Source: Octopus vulgaris (taxonomy: Eukaryota). Taken from it: a stretch of DNA of 64,000 bases. Below are positions 1 through 12,800 of this stretch, one piece after another; within the stretch, counting starts at the first letter, position 1, and every line of letters starts with the position of its first letter. Where the stretch lies: positions 28,458,001 through 28,522,000 of the forward strand of contig OX597834.1 of the NCBI GenBank assembly GCA_951406725.2, written 5' to 3'. Made by a program: the position numbers and the translations under genes. The notes under the pieces are model-generated. The model worked only from the letters and a program-made list of their open reading frames with translations. It was not told the DNA's origin and did not search any database.

Positions 1-65
1 GACTAAAGGCGGTGCTCCAGCATGGCCACAGTCAAATGACTGAAACAAGTAGAAGAGCAAAAGAG
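1..65 (+). mobile_element. SINE family A, 3' tail only (cut by window edge)
   Basis: GGCGGTGCTCCAGCATGGCCACAGTCAAATGACTGAAACAAG plus AAGAG repeats, the same tail as full copies such as 5154-5560. Confidence 0.85.
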
Positions 66-169
66 GCAAATATTTTATTGTGCTTCGTATTGTAGCAAAT
101 CTAAACAGGATTCTATCTGACAAGAATATATGAGATGTAATTCTCTCTCTCACACACACACAGTGTGTG

Positions 170-550
170 TTCCAAGTTCTTTTACAAAGCTATGTAAAAG
201 TAGAGGACCTTCTTTTACAAGGCTATGTAAAAGTGTTTGGATCTGAGACGATAATATGTTGAATAAAATTGTAATATATCAGACATTCCTGTATTTTCTC
301 TTACCCCAATCCAGAAACTTTTCAGCGCCCTCTCGTGTGCGTGTGTGCGTGTGTGTGTGTGTGTGTCCGTGCGTGCGTGTGCGCGCGCATCTATACAAAT
401 TACATTAAAAAAATCTATATATAAAGATTCTTGTGTACAGACACTTAACATATATTTATATACATAAATATTTTTATGTATATGAATATATATATATATA
501 TATATAAGTATTATACTTATATATGTGTATATATATAAGTATTAAACTTA

Positions 551-607
<57 letters not shown>

Positions 608-807
608 GTATGTATTTACATATACACAAATATATTTATACTGTCACTTACACAATAAACTTTTATCATACATTCCTATCCGCACAGATATCTTTACATA
701 AAACAACCAAACCCAAACACGAACTTAAGCTGCATTTTTTCTATTAGCCATGCCCTGTTTATCAAATGGAATTGTATACTCAACGATGACAGATTCAGAA
801 CTACCAA

Positions 808-852
<45 letters not shown>

Positions 853-893
853 CACAATAATAGTGCATATATTTGCATTTTATATATATATAA
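170..893 (+). repeat. Local duplication, copy 1 (partner 3632-4289)
   Basis: Collinear match from TTCCAAGTTCTTTTAC to TAGTGCATATATTTGCATT, including the positions of the (GT)n and (TA)n tracts. Confidence 0.9.
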
Positions 894-1104
894 TGTACTT
901 AGATTTCGGCAAGTCCTGTCCCAGACCGTGACAAACTTAATTTAACAATCAGGTGATACTGTGTCTGTGTGTTTATATACACATTGTCATGGATTAAACG
1001 ATTTCACAAGATCCAACGAGCCGTAGCATAATGATGCGCTCCAATGTCTGTTTTGACGTGGTTTCTATGGTTGAATGCCTTTCCAGACACCTGCTTCGCG
1101 CGCA

Positions 1105-1156
<52 letters not shown>

Positions 1157-1159
<3 letters not shown>

Positions 1160-1304
1160 GGTTTCTACACAGTCTCCGTCTATCGAATCCGCTCACAAGA
1201 CATTCGTTGGCCTGGGGATATCATAGAAGACACTAGCCCAATGTGACCCGTCGTATGACTGAACCCGAAAGCAAGTTGCTTAACCGCACAGCCGCCGTGG
1301 CGCC
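1157..1304 (-). mobile_element. SINE family A, diverged 5' half
   Basis: Degenerate match to the A head and core on the minus strand. Confidence 0.6.
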
Positions 1305-1516
1305 TTTCTCTCTTTGCTCTTTCACTTGTTTCAGTCATTTGACTGTGACCATGCTGGAGCACCGCCTTTAGTCGAGCACATCGACCCCAGGACTTATTCT
1401 TCGTAAGACTAGTACTTATTCTATCGGTCTCTTTTGCCGAATCGCTAAGTTACGGGGACGTAAACACACCAGCATCGTTTGTCAAGCGATGTGGGGGGAC
1501 AAACACACACACACAC

Positions 1517-1562
<46 letters not shown>

Positions 1563-1725
1563 GACGGGCTTCTTTCAGTTTCCGTCTACCAAATCCACTC
1601 ACAAGGCTTTGGTCGGCCCGAGGCTATAGTAAAAGACACTTGCCCAAGGTGCCACGCAGTGAGACTGAACCCGGAACTATGTGGCTGGTAAGCAAGCTAC
1701 TTACCACACAGCCACTCCTACGCCT
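1305..1725 (-). mobile_element. SINE family A, full length (tRNA-like head, internal microsatellite, AAGAG tail)
   Basis: Head GGCGTAGGAGTGGCTGTGTGGTAAG...GGGTTCAGTC (pol III A/B-box-like), core GGCACCTTGGGCAAGTGTC, (TA)n/(TG)n, conserved tail. Confidence 0.9.
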
Positions 1726-2149
1726 ATTCTATGGAATTTAAAATTCAAAGATTCGCCTGTTTCTTCTGCACAGAGGTGTCACGAAAGGTACTTAAACTAC
1801 ATGTAAATTCCACCCTGGTACCGAGAGATATTCGCGCCCCACGCCCCCCCCCCTCACTCCTTGACGTAGAGGCACTCTTCTATGTGTACTGAGTGTTTGA
1901 TCTCTTGACCTACTTGTTTATAAGGTGACGGGGTGGCAGAGGTGCTGGGTGGTGGAGGTTGTTATGGTAGAATCGCAAGTCAAACAGGTTTGGTTTCACA
2001 GAAGCTGTTGACAACTTTTGACCGAGAATCTCTCTCTCTCTCTCCCTGTTTGTGCGTGTGTGTGTGTGTTTGTGTGTACAAATAGACACAAACATGTATT
2101 GAAATACACACCTATGTGCATATATGCCATATATATATATATATATAGG

Positions 2150-2182
<33 letters not shown>

Positions 2183-2509
2183 GCATATTTTATTTACGTC
2201 TCCGTGTATGTGTATAGATACAATGTGTGTCTATATATATACACATTGTATTTACATACAGATATATATATATAAATGTGTGTCTATATATATATACACA
2301 TTGTATTTACATACAGATATATATGTATAAATCTATGTATTCATATAAATTAGTTATAAATACCCACCCATTCATACACATATATATTGACATGCAAAAA
2401 TACACATACGTTTATGTATGCGTGAATACATCCATAGATTATATATATATATATATACTCACACATTAACATACATTATACATACAGACATATATACATA
2501 TAAACACAC

Positions 2510-2561
<52 letters not shown>

Positions 2562-2891
2562 TCACACATTAGCATACATTATACATACAGACATACACAC
2601 ACACACATATATATATATACACACAAACATACATACAAATACATACGTATATATATGCATACATATACATGCATACATATATGCATACATATACATACAT
2701 ACATACATATATGCATACATATACATACATACATATATGCATACATATACATACATACATATATATATGCATACATATACATACATACAAATATATATGC
2801 TTACATATACATACATATATATACATACGTATACATATAGAAAACACATATGTACATGTATATACACACACCTATGTACATACACACACAC

Positions 2892-2930
<39 letters not shown>

Positions 2931-3137
2931 CATACACACATATACATATATTCATACACCCCCACCCCACCCGTATACACACATGATTTCTTCTCGCATT
3001 CGCATGTGAAACTCCATATACATGTTCACAGAGACACGGTATAGAAATTATGAAACAGTTGCGTTTTATCCAATCGTTTTTAGATGTTCGTCAGCAGGTG
3101 TGAATCCAAAAACGTAACACACAGCAACCTCTACGTA

Positions 3138-3194
<57 letters not shown>

Positions 3195-3631
3195 GTGTTT
3201 GTGTTTAATGTAGAGTTTTTACTTCATATATTATGTTGTCATCCGCAGTTATCCCCCTTAGCAGAACTTCGCTGTTTCTCCATTTTCATTGTTTTAATGT
3301 TATTAGGAACAAAATAAAGAACGAATATATATGAATATATAACAGGAATCTCTCTCGGTTATTGAATGATTTGATAAGATGTCCTGTCCATGGAAAATAA
3401 AGTCTATACTTCCGTCAGCGTTGTTCATCGGATAACCAACATAGATCGGCAACGAACAGACGAGGGTTCGTTCCTGAAGAATGGCAGCTGCATTATACAC
3501 AGCAATTCATCCTTTCTTTCTCTCCAAGATTCAACACACGTACGCACGTATATACGATATACATATATATATCGGCGTGGCCGTGTGGTAAGAAGCTTGC
3601 TTCCAAAACCACACGGTCCCGGGTTCACACC

Positions 3632-3775
3632 TTCCAAGTTCTTTTACGAGGCTTCGTAAAAGTAGAGGACCGCTGCAATAAGTGTGTGGATCTGAGGCGA
3701 TAATATGTTGAATAGAATTATAATTATCAGATCCTCCTGTATTTTCTTTTACCCCAAGTCAGAACATTTTCAGCA

Positions 3776-3832
<57 letters not shown>

Positions 3833-4208
3833 ATCTACACAAATTACATATAAAAATGTATATATAAAGATTTTTGTATACACACACACACTTCAAATAT
3901 ATATTTATATACTTACATAAATATTTAGATGTATTTGAATATATATATATATATAAGCATTATATATGTATATATATGTGTATATATATTTATATATATA
4001 CATGTATGTATTTACATATACACAAATATATTTATACTGTCACTTACACAATAAACTTTTATCATACATTCCTATCCGCACAGATATCTTTATATAAAAC
4101 AACCAAACCCAAACACGAACTTAAGCTGCATTTTTTCTATTAGCCATGCCCTGTTTATCAAATGGAATTGTATACCTAACGATGACAGATTCGGAACTAC
4201 CAAGAATG

Positions 4209-4240
<32 letters not shown>

Positions 4241-4287
4241 TACATACGCAATAATAGTGCATATATTTGCATTATTTATATATATAT

Positions 4288-4289
<2 letters not shown>
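3632..4289 (+). repeat. Local duplication, copy 2 (partner 170-893)
   Basis: Collinear match to 170-893; starts right after a truncated SINE A head (3573-3630). Confidence 0.9.
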
Positions 4290-4334
<45 letters not shown>

Positions 4335-4392
4335 TGTGCGTCTGTGTGTGTGTTTATATAGGTGTTATCAATAATAATAATAATAAACTGTT

Positions 4393-4512
4393 TTTTTATT
4401 ACCCACAAGGGGCTAAACATAGAGGGAACAAACAAGGACAGACAAACGGATTAAGTCGATTATATCGACTCCAGTGCGTAACTGGTACTCAATTTATCGA
4501 CCCCGAAAGGAT
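4393..4512 (-). mobile_element. SINE family B (tail type B1), 3' half
   Basis: Matches the 3' half of 10803-11032. Confidence 0.85.
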
Positions 4513-4532
4513 AATAATAATACTAATAATAA

Positions 4533-5042
4533 TCTGCTCAATACCACAGATTTGCTCTTGGTATAAATGGGTTACAGTAAATATTCTGCTCAATACCACA
4601 GATTTGCTTGTCAGTTGTTTGACTTTAACCAGTTGAGCATGTCCCTTAGTGGCTGACGATATGTGCATCTCTGATCACAAGCAGAAGTAGTGGGGAGCAT
4701 CATAGCAATGTGTTGAGAGGAATTCTTTGGGGTTTGGATAATTCACCTCTGGAAACATCGGTGTTCCGTTCAGCATCCTTAAACAACCCCTATTCAAGGA
4801 CCATTTGAGCGCGATGAGTTACTCGACCTGAAGAAAATTCTAACTGGGCCCCATCTTCAAGGTCATGCACCGTTTATTTTGATACGAGATGACCATGTCG
4901 CGCACATATGGTTGTGATGCATGTGCCTAGTGTACCCTTATCAGACGGGTAGTCATGATGGATATACTGGGTTTCGTATATTTTACCCCAGTGTCACTTT
5001 GATGGCGTGCACTGCCTTCTCACTCAACAATAAATAATAATG
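4533..5042 (+). mobile_element. Probable non-LTR retroelement 3' region with (AAT)n tail
   Basis: Complex non-coding block between (AAT)n tracts; a 24-bp direct repeat TCTGCTCAATACCACAGATTTGCT at its 5' end; no second copy in the window. Confidence 0.4.
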
Positions 5043-5153
5043 ATTTCTTTTATTTGCCACCAGGACACGCATATGGGAGGTGGGTGGAATACAAAGACAA
5101 ACAGAGTGTTGGTATTTACATAGAATGGAATGAGATATGAAAAGTAAACAGGA

Positions 5154-5560
5154 GGCGCAGGAGTGGCTGTGTGGTAAGTAGCTTGCTAACCAACCACATG
5201 GTTCCGGGTTCAGTCCCACTGCATGGCATCTTGGGCAAGTGTCTCCTGATATAGCCCCGGGCCGACCAATGCCTTGTGAGTGGATTTGGTAGACGGAAAC
5301 TGAAAGAAGCCTGTCGTATATATGTATATATATATATCTATGTGTGTGTTTGTGTGTCTGTGTTTGTCCCCCTAGCATTGCTTGACAACCGATACTGGTG
5401 TGTTTACGTCCCCGTCACTTAGCGGTTCGGCAAAAGAGACCGATAGAATAAGTACTGGGCTTACAAAGAATAAGTCCCGGGCTCGAGTTGCTCGACTAAA
5501 GGCGGTGCTCCAGCATAGCCGCAGTCAAATGACTGAAACAAGTAAAAGAGAAAAGAGAGT
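5154..5560 (+). mobile_element. SINE family A, full length
   Basis: Complete head-core-microsatellite-tail structure. Confidence 0.9.
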
Positions 5561-7119
5561 AGAAAAATGTTATACTATGTTGGCAAAAGAGAAGTAAGCA
5601 TGGTATACATCAGTAAGGCAAAAAAAGTGATAATGATGTGATCCTCGTAGTACAAGGAGGACGGCTAGGGGCCAATCGATGTAATGATTTTGTCGGCGGC
5701 ATGTTGTGCTGTGCTACGTTTCGATGAGCTACACAAGTTAAAACAACATGGCGATGAGGTCCCAACTGCGTAGCGAACGATTTAACGAAGATTACTGGAA
5801 ATATTAATTGGACAATCTCGTTGTTTACTAATTACAGCAAGTCAATCACAGAAACAACAGCAATAACAAACAATAACAAACAACAAAACACGACAAAGAA
5901 AGAAAACAAAAGGTTTGTACAGCATTTAACGGCTTGTGTGTTGGCGGTAAGATGGTAGATTAGAGAGGAATTAAAAGGGGATTATCGCTGATAGCTTAGA
6001 GATTTAATGTAAATGTCATGTCAAGAGTAAATACATCAGGCTCCACCCCGAATTAATGGATTGCGTTTACACATACCCACGTGCTTACACACACACACAT
6101 ATATATACGTTCACATGCATATATTTATATCGACACACACGTGTGTATATAAACACACACGTGTCTATATACACACACAATCATATACACACACATATAT
6201 ATGCACAGGCATATACACAAACACATATATGCGTAAACACACATACACACATACTTATATATTCCGGCAATAAAATCATGCCCGTCAGTTTTTCGGAGAA
6301 AGATTATCACAATCAAACATTTTTCGGCGTTCAACAAATGTCGCTGGTTGTCGTAATTGTTTCACCGTAAAATTTGATTTAGTTCAGGATGAAGTTCATA
6401 CCATTAGGATTTCTTTCATTTCGTTATAACCTACTGAGACAGTCTTTTTTTTCTTTTGTTTCTATTTTATAACAATTTAATCGGTTAGTATTGAGTTAAT
6501 AACTCTAGGAAGAAAAGGATTACATGTGTGCATGTGTGTGCGTGTGTGTGTGTGTGTATAACGGACAATGTTATACATACATGTGTATATATATATATAT
6601 ACGCACACGCATTCCAGTGAAGTAGCTGTGCATCTGTGTTAGGGTTAAAACATTGTAATATTAGTCATTATATCAAAACACATATACAAACACACATTCA
6701 TACGCACGTGTGTGTGTGTACGCGCGTGTACGCGCGTGTACGCAACGATTTTCATGGACCGGTGCACCCTATATTAAATTTTTATGGAAATTATAAAGCA
6801 AGGCGAAGACTTATATAAAGAAATTAATCTTGGATCTTGGCACATCATGGACCATGTTTCTGTTCACTGGTAACACAATATCTGACTAATATTTTAATTC
6901 TGGCAGATTTTATTAAAAATATAAGTATTGTACGTGGTTTAAACCCTTTACTTCTAAGAAAAATCTCGACCCCCTAAACATCTAACGGCTTCTTATAGTG
7001 TCCCTTAGGAAGCCTTTCGAAGTCACAAGAGTTCTTGTGAATTCCAAATGTCCCCAAAGGAACACTATCGACCAGGAGGAAAATCACACTTCTGAAAGCT
7101 TCAGTCTCAGGTAGATCTT

Positions 7120-7280
7120 GGTTCCCTGATGAGGTGCAATAGCACCAAAACATGCTCAGAGTTATCTCACCGTGAAAGAGAAGATCTGATACATTTACTG
7201 CTGTATTTCATAGTTAATTAACATTAAAATTAAAACACTGAGGTTATCCTTTCTTGTCTGTTTTTCTTTCTTGACGTAAT
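7120..7280 (+). mobile_element. Penelope-like terminus with decayed hammerhead core
   Basis: CTGATGA-GGTGC-AATA-GCACC-AAAAC (expected GAAAC), followed by a T-rich tail. Confidence 0.45.
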
Positions 7281-7332
7281 TAATCGTTCGAAAATTTATT
7301 CGCCTCATCACTTTTGTGATAATTTTCAATTA

Positions 7333-7853
7333 CCATAATCCTTGAGTATAGTCCGCCCTTGAATATAATACGCAGGGGATTTTTAGGGGGCTGCACCTCT
7401 GAAAAACCTAAACCTTGTGTATAATACGCACCCCTTCTCTAACGTGAGTTGTGCGTAATTAGGCCAGCAGCACCTAGTCGAACAAACACTTCCGTGCAAG
7501 CGTAATACAATATTGGTGATGTTCTTAACTGTTATATGGGAATGTAAATGTGTTTGCAAATTATTTTTGTTACATATTATTCTGTGTTCTGAATACTTTC
7601 ATTTTAATAAATGTTGCTTACTGCAAGTTATGGATGATTCTTTTATGACTTCATTGCTTTCGGGCTTAGCTTAATATATTTTCGCACCCGATATCACAAA
7701 ATGCGTCTGAATAAACACTGCCGCACAGCAAATAGAGACTCGGACATTGCTTAGAAAATATTTTCCCCTTTTAACCTCGTGTATAATACGCACTAAGGAT
7801 TATGACCTTTAAATTTTGGGGAAAAAATGCGGATTATACTCGAGGATTTACGG
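7333..7853. mobile_element. pogo/Tigger-type MITE (Tc1/mariner superfamily)
   Basis: TIRs CCATAATCCTTGAGTATAGTCCGC / GCGGATTATACTCGAGGATTTACGG, TA on both flanks, internal TATAATACGCA sub-repeats. Confidence 0.8.
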
Positions 7854-8352
7854 TAATAAAAAATCACTTATCATCCATCAGCTATACAGACACCTACTTA
7901 ACTATTAAGTGGATTCAGGCATGGTGAAATGGTTAAGAAGTTCGTATCACGGAGTCCCGGGTTCAACCCCATTGTATAGCATATCCTGACAAGGGCATTT
8001 ACAACGTCTTTCAATCAACCGACTCCTTGTGAATGAAACTGGGGAGACAGAAACAGTACAAAAGCCTGTCAGATGTACAGTATCTGTATTTCAAAAGGGT
8101 ACAGCCTTTTCACATACAGTGTCACATGTATTCTGCCTGAGATTTACGTTAAGGGGTACACATGCCTGTGGAATACTCAACCACTTGTTAATTTGGGAGG
8201 AGGTATTTCAGTTGAACGAACAATTGAATCCTCGTGGTCAAACCGACGGTGAACCATCCACACACAAATACACATATGCAACCACACATGCACAATGTGT
8301 ACGTGTGTAAATATATAGATATACATATATACATACATATATATATATATAT

Positions 8353-8435
8353 ATGATGGCTGCCCCCTCGTTATCGAGTATGGCCATTGCACGAAGCTTA
8401 ACTGTTATTGATGCTGTGATCGAATGTGACTTTTC
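8353..8435 (-). mobile_element. RTE-type LINE extreme 3' end
   Basis: Minus strand encodes KSHIRSQHQ* (end of a C2H2-like motif), then a short 3' UTR ending GGCAGCCATCAT; embedded in (TA)n. Confidence 0.55.
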
Positions 8436-8442
8436 TTCTCCT

Positions 8443-8633
8443 TATATATACATACATATATATATACATATATATATATATACATACATATATATATATA
8501 CATACATACGTATACATACATATATATACATACATACATATGTATACATACATATATATACATACATATGTATCCATACATATATATACATACATATATA
8601 TATACATATATATACATACATACATACATACAT

Positions 8634-8666
<33 letters not shown>

Positions 8667-8785
8667 CATATATACACATACATATATACATACATACATA
8701 TATATATACATACATATATATACATATATATACATACATACATATATATATATACATATATATACATACATACATACATATATAC

Positions 8786-8820
<35 letters not shown>

Positions 8821-8873
8821 CATACATACATACATATACATATATATAGAGAGAGACATAATATATACACAAT

Positions 8874-8906
<33 letters not shown>

Positions 8907-8980
8907 CACACGTATGCACTAACACACACACACACGCATTCACTAACACATACACCCATACACTCTCTCACACACACACT
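8443..8980. repeat. Compound (TA)/(TACA)/(CA) microsatellite
   Basis: Direct inspection; source of the Y/I/H/T-rich ORFs. Similar tracts at 2120-2990, 18341-18670, 24600-25450, 47130-53230. Confidence 0.95.
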
Positions 8981-9292
8981 TTATGATGTGCTGCCTATCC
9001 TAAAATCTGTTATGACCGCTTTGATCTCTCGTTTATTGCTTATTTTTGCATCCATCGAAGCGTAAATCTTTTACAGAACATAAGAATGTTACAATGGGTT
9101 TTTATGCTTCGATATTTTCCATCTGATGAAATTAGCTGCAACCTATTTCAATGATTATTGAAACGTGCATTACGAAACATCTGAAATATCAACAACTTAT
9201 TTACAGGTGTCTATTTTTATGAATTTCAACTACACACACATGTATGTATGTATGTATGTATGTATGTATGTATGTATGTATGTATGTATGTC

Positions 9293-9675
9293 GAAGCACT
9301 CCGTCGGTTACGACGACGAGGGTTCCGGTTGATCCGAATCAACGGAACAGCCTGCTCGTGAAATTAACGTGTAAGTGGCTGAGCACTCCACAGACACGTG
9401 TACCCTTAACGTAGTTTTCGGGGATATTCAGCGTGACACAGAGAGTGACAAGGCCGGCCCTTTGAAATACAGGTACAACAGAAACAGGAAGTAAGAGTGA
9501 GAGAAAGTTGTGGTGAAAGAGTACAGCAGGGATCACCACCATCCCCTGCCGGAGCCTCGTGGAGCTTTAGGTGTTTTCGCTCAATAAACACTCACAACGC
9601 CCGGTCTGGGAATCGAAACCGCGATCCTATGACCGCGAGTCCGCTGCCCTAACCACTGGGCCATTGCGCCTCCAC
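9293..9675 (-). mobile_element. SINE family C1, full length, young
   Basis: tRNA-like head GTGGAGGCGCAATGGCCCAGTGGTTAGG...GGTTTCGATTCCC; about 6 differences from 58405-58790; inserted in (TATG)n. May correspond to the published octopus OR-type SINEs (unverified). Confidence 0.9.
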
Positions 9676-9693
9676 TATGTATGTATGTATGTA

Positions 9694-10280
9694 GGCGCTG
9701 GAGGGGCTCTGTGCTAAGTAGCTTGCTTTCCAACCACATAGTTCTGGGTTCAGTCCCGTCCCACTGCGTGGCACCTTGGGTAACAGTCTTCCACTATAGC
9801 CTCAGGCCGACCTTGTGCGTGGATTTGGTAGACAGAAAGTGAAAGAAGCCAATTATATATATTTTTCTCTCTCTCTAGTTTCAGCTCAGAGCTGCGGCCA
9901 TGTTTAACGGTAAAATATTTCTTTACCTTCACCCGTTTAATACAATAAATGAGTTAATTGCATTGCAATTAAAAACATTTATGTATTAAGAATTTGGGTA
10001 CTTTACCAACAGTATATTGGATAAATACTATCCCTTAGTGGGTTGCACCCATAACCCCTAACTTACTTTATGTTATATATATATATGCTTGTGTGTCTGT
10101 TTGTACACCCCCATTGCTTGACAACTGATGTTGGTGTGTTTACGTCCCAGTAAATAAGAGACGTACCCAGCAAAAGAGGCCGAAAGAATAAGTACTAGAC
10201 TTACAAAGAATACGTGCTGGGGTCAATTTGTTCAACTAAAGGCAGTGCTTCAGCATGGTCACAGTCAAATGACTGAAACG
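9694..10280 (+). mobile_element. SINE family A interrupted by an insertion (about 9860-10080)
   Basis: Head 9694-9850 and tail 10090-10280; the insert begins with the same tail motif as the 37746-38240 element. Confidence 0.7.
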
Positions 10281-10305
10281 TGTATGTAGATGGATGGATG
10301 GATGG

Positions 10306-10490
10306 ATTTCTTTCTTTCTTTATTAGCCACGCAGGGCCGAATACAGAGGTGACAATACAATGTAGAACTTTTCTTTTCGAAAGAGAGAAAAGAATACGAT
10401 CAAAAGTGATCGAAAGCGTTTAAGAATGTAATACAGATTAGGTTTATCCGTGGAAAGAAAAGCCTACGAAAAAGACCACGGTAACCTCAA
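10306..10490 (-). mobile_element. Probable LINE 3' UTR with tail related to SINE B1
   Basis: Minus strand ends GCCCTGCGTGGCTAATAAAGAAAG; similar to 40703-41008. Confidence 0.5.
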
Positions 10491-10760
10491 CTACAGAAAA
10501 CGGCGATAAGTTTTATTTCGTTAGTTAGTTGTTCAGCGCTTTACACAGGAACGGAGGAGGGGAGAATGAAAATTTGAACGAAGAAGAGATGAATGGCAGC
10601 TATAATCCTCGCCAGACAAACCAACCGAACGACCTTCTTTCGGTTCCGTCGCTTAATCTCTGCACGCTTAACGATGTTTCACTAACAGCAACGTTACCAC
10701 AGAAACAGCGATTTATGGGATTAACCTGCGATTAATGAAATAATATATGTTTATACTTCT

Positions 10761-11290
10761 GAAGGTGCGTGGCTTAGTGGGTAGGGTGTTGTACTTACGA
10801 TCCATTTCTTTACTACCCACAAGGGGCTAAACATAGAGGGGACAAACAAGGACAGACAAACGGATTAAGTCGATTACATCGACCCCAGTGCGTAACTGGT
10901 ACTTAATTTATCGACCCCGAAAGGATGAATGGCAGAGTCGACCTCGGCGGAATTTGAACTCAGAACGTAACGGCACGCGAAATACCGCGAAGCATTTCGC
11001 CCGGCGTGCTAACACTTCTGCCAGCTCGCCGCCTTACGATCACCAGATCATGGGTTCGATTCCTGCACAGGGCGGTCTGTCATGTTCTTGAGCAAAACAC
11101 TTCATTTTACGTTGCTATGATTCCTTCGGCTGTAAATGGATAAACTCTGTGATGGAATAGCTTTCTGTACTGGAGTATTTTGGCCTGCTCGCCTAGCCAG
11201 CGAGGTCATTCGAAAGCTAAAACAATTCGAGGGTGCATTGTGACCAGTGATGTTTAAAAACTTCCGATAGTCTGCTCGATACCGTGACAT
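10761..11290 (+). mobile_element. Old SINE family C (head type 2), split by a SINE B insertion
   Basis: A-box GGCTTAGTGG before the insert; B-box GGTTCGATTCC and GTTCTTGAGCAAAACACTTCATTT after it. Confidence 0.75.
10803..11032 (-). mobile_element. SINE family B1, full length with target-site duplication
   Basis: Head GGCGGCGAGCTGGCAGAA...GAGTTCAAATTCC; TSD CTTACGATC at 10794-10802 and 11033-11041. Confidence 0.92.
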
Positions 11291-11314
11291 GTTTATGCTT
11301 AATTTATTACATAG

Positions 11315-11941
11315 CAAGGGGTGCTGAAAAGTTCCCGGTTTTAAGTAAAAGAAAATACTGGAGGATCAGTTAATTATGATTTTTATTCAACGTAGGCGCA
11401 GGAGTGGCTGTGTGGTAAGTAGCTTGTTTACCAACCACATGGTTCCGGGTTCAGTCCCACTGCGTGGCAACCTTGGGCAAGTATCTTCTACAATAGCCTC
11501 GGGCCGACCAAAGCCTTGTGAGTGGATTTGGTAGACGGAAACTGAAAGAATCCCGTCGTATATATGTATATATATGCATGTGCGTGTATGTTTGTGTGTC
11601 TGTGTTTGTTCCCCTAGCATTGCTTGACAACCGATGCTGGTGTTTTTATGTCCCCGTCACGTAGCGGTTCGGCAAAAGAAACCGATAGAATAAGTACTGG
11701 GCTTACAAAGAATAAGTCCCGGGCTCGAGTTGCTCGATTAAAGGCGGTGCTCCAGCATGGCCGCAGTCAAAATGACTGAAACAAGTAAAAAGAGAAAAGA
11801 GATATACCCCTCTCAGATTCACACATTTATTGCTGCGCTCCTTCTGTTTTTCTAAGCCCTGTAAAAGAACTCAGTAGGTTGGGCCTCCAACGAGGCCTTT
11901 CGCGATACCCTTAAAGCCAGGAATTTTCCAACACCCCCTCG
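11315..11941. mobile_element. mariner-type MITE interrupted by SINE A
   Basis: Imperfect TIRs AGGGGTGCTGAAAAGTTCCCGGTTTTAAG / CTTAAAGCCAGGAATTTTCCAACACCCCCTCG, followed by TA. Confidence 0.7.
11395..11802 (+). mobile_element. SINE family A, full length
   Basis: Complete structure with CpGs intact. Confidence 0.9.
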
Positions 11942-11957
11942 TATAGTGTAGAACATG

Positions 11958-12220
11958 TGAAAGCACGGGGCCTAGTGGTTAGGGTGTTGCATTCGCCATC
12001 GCAAAACAAGAATGAGGTTTCGATTCCCGGACGGGTTGGTGCGTTGTGTTTATGAGCAAAACATTTCATTTCACGTTTATCCAGTCCAATCAGCTGCAAA
12101 TGAGTTAACCCTATGATGGAGTGGCGTCCCCTCCAGGGGGAAAGGGTGTGAACTCGTTTACTTATACGCCATGGAAACTGAGCAACCAGTCCGATGAATC
12201 ATAGGACTCGAGACAGCAAT
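11958..12220 (+). mobile_element. SINE family C3 (head type 2, GATGGA..GGCGTCCC..CCAG tail)
   Basis: Homologous to 35100-35359 (minus); the central motif recalls V/Meta-type SINE domains (from memory). Confidence 0.7.
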
Positions 12221-12424
12221 GTCCTAGGGCTGAGGCGCGTGGCCTAATGATTAGGCTGTTGTATTTACGATCGCAAGACCATTTCACATTTTGCTCCAGT
12301 TCACTCAGGTGTAAATGACGAACCACTAACTGAAAGTGGGGGGAAAAATTGCCCACTTTTCGCCGATGTCCAGGCGGAAGAGTCTAAAACTTCCACGCAC
12401 AGCACATTAAAAAAAAAAATTCTT

Positions 12425-12549
12425 CAACCACATGGTTCCGGGTTCAGTCCCACTGCGTGGCACCTTGGGCAAGTGTCTTCTACTATAGCATCGGGCCGAC
12501 AAAAGCCTTGTGAGTGGATTTGATAGACGGAAACTGAAAGAAGCCCGTC

Positions 12550-12587
<38 letters not shown>

Positions 12588-12800
12588 GTATGTGTGTGTA
12601 TATGTACGTATGTCTGCGTTTGTCCCCCCCAACATCGCTTGACAACCGATGCTGGTGTGTTTACGTCCCCGTAACTTAGCGGTTCGGCAAAAGAGACCGA
12701 TAGAACAAGTACTAGGCTTACAAAAAATAAGTCCTGGGGTCGACTAAAGGCGGTGCTCCAGCATGGCCACAGTCACATGACTGAAACAAGTAAGAAGTAA
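12425..12800 (+). mobile_element. SINE family A, 5'-truncated
   Basis: Starts at CAACCACATGGTTCCGGG and runs to the tail. Confidence 0.88.

Noticed and set aside
8353-8986. Long Y/I/H/T or C/V/M-rich ORFs (also 2.4-3.0, 18.2-18.7, 24.6-26.3, 58.7-60.3, 62.5-63.3 kb)
   Set aside because: Translations of microsatellites that lack stop codons in several frames; no domain content
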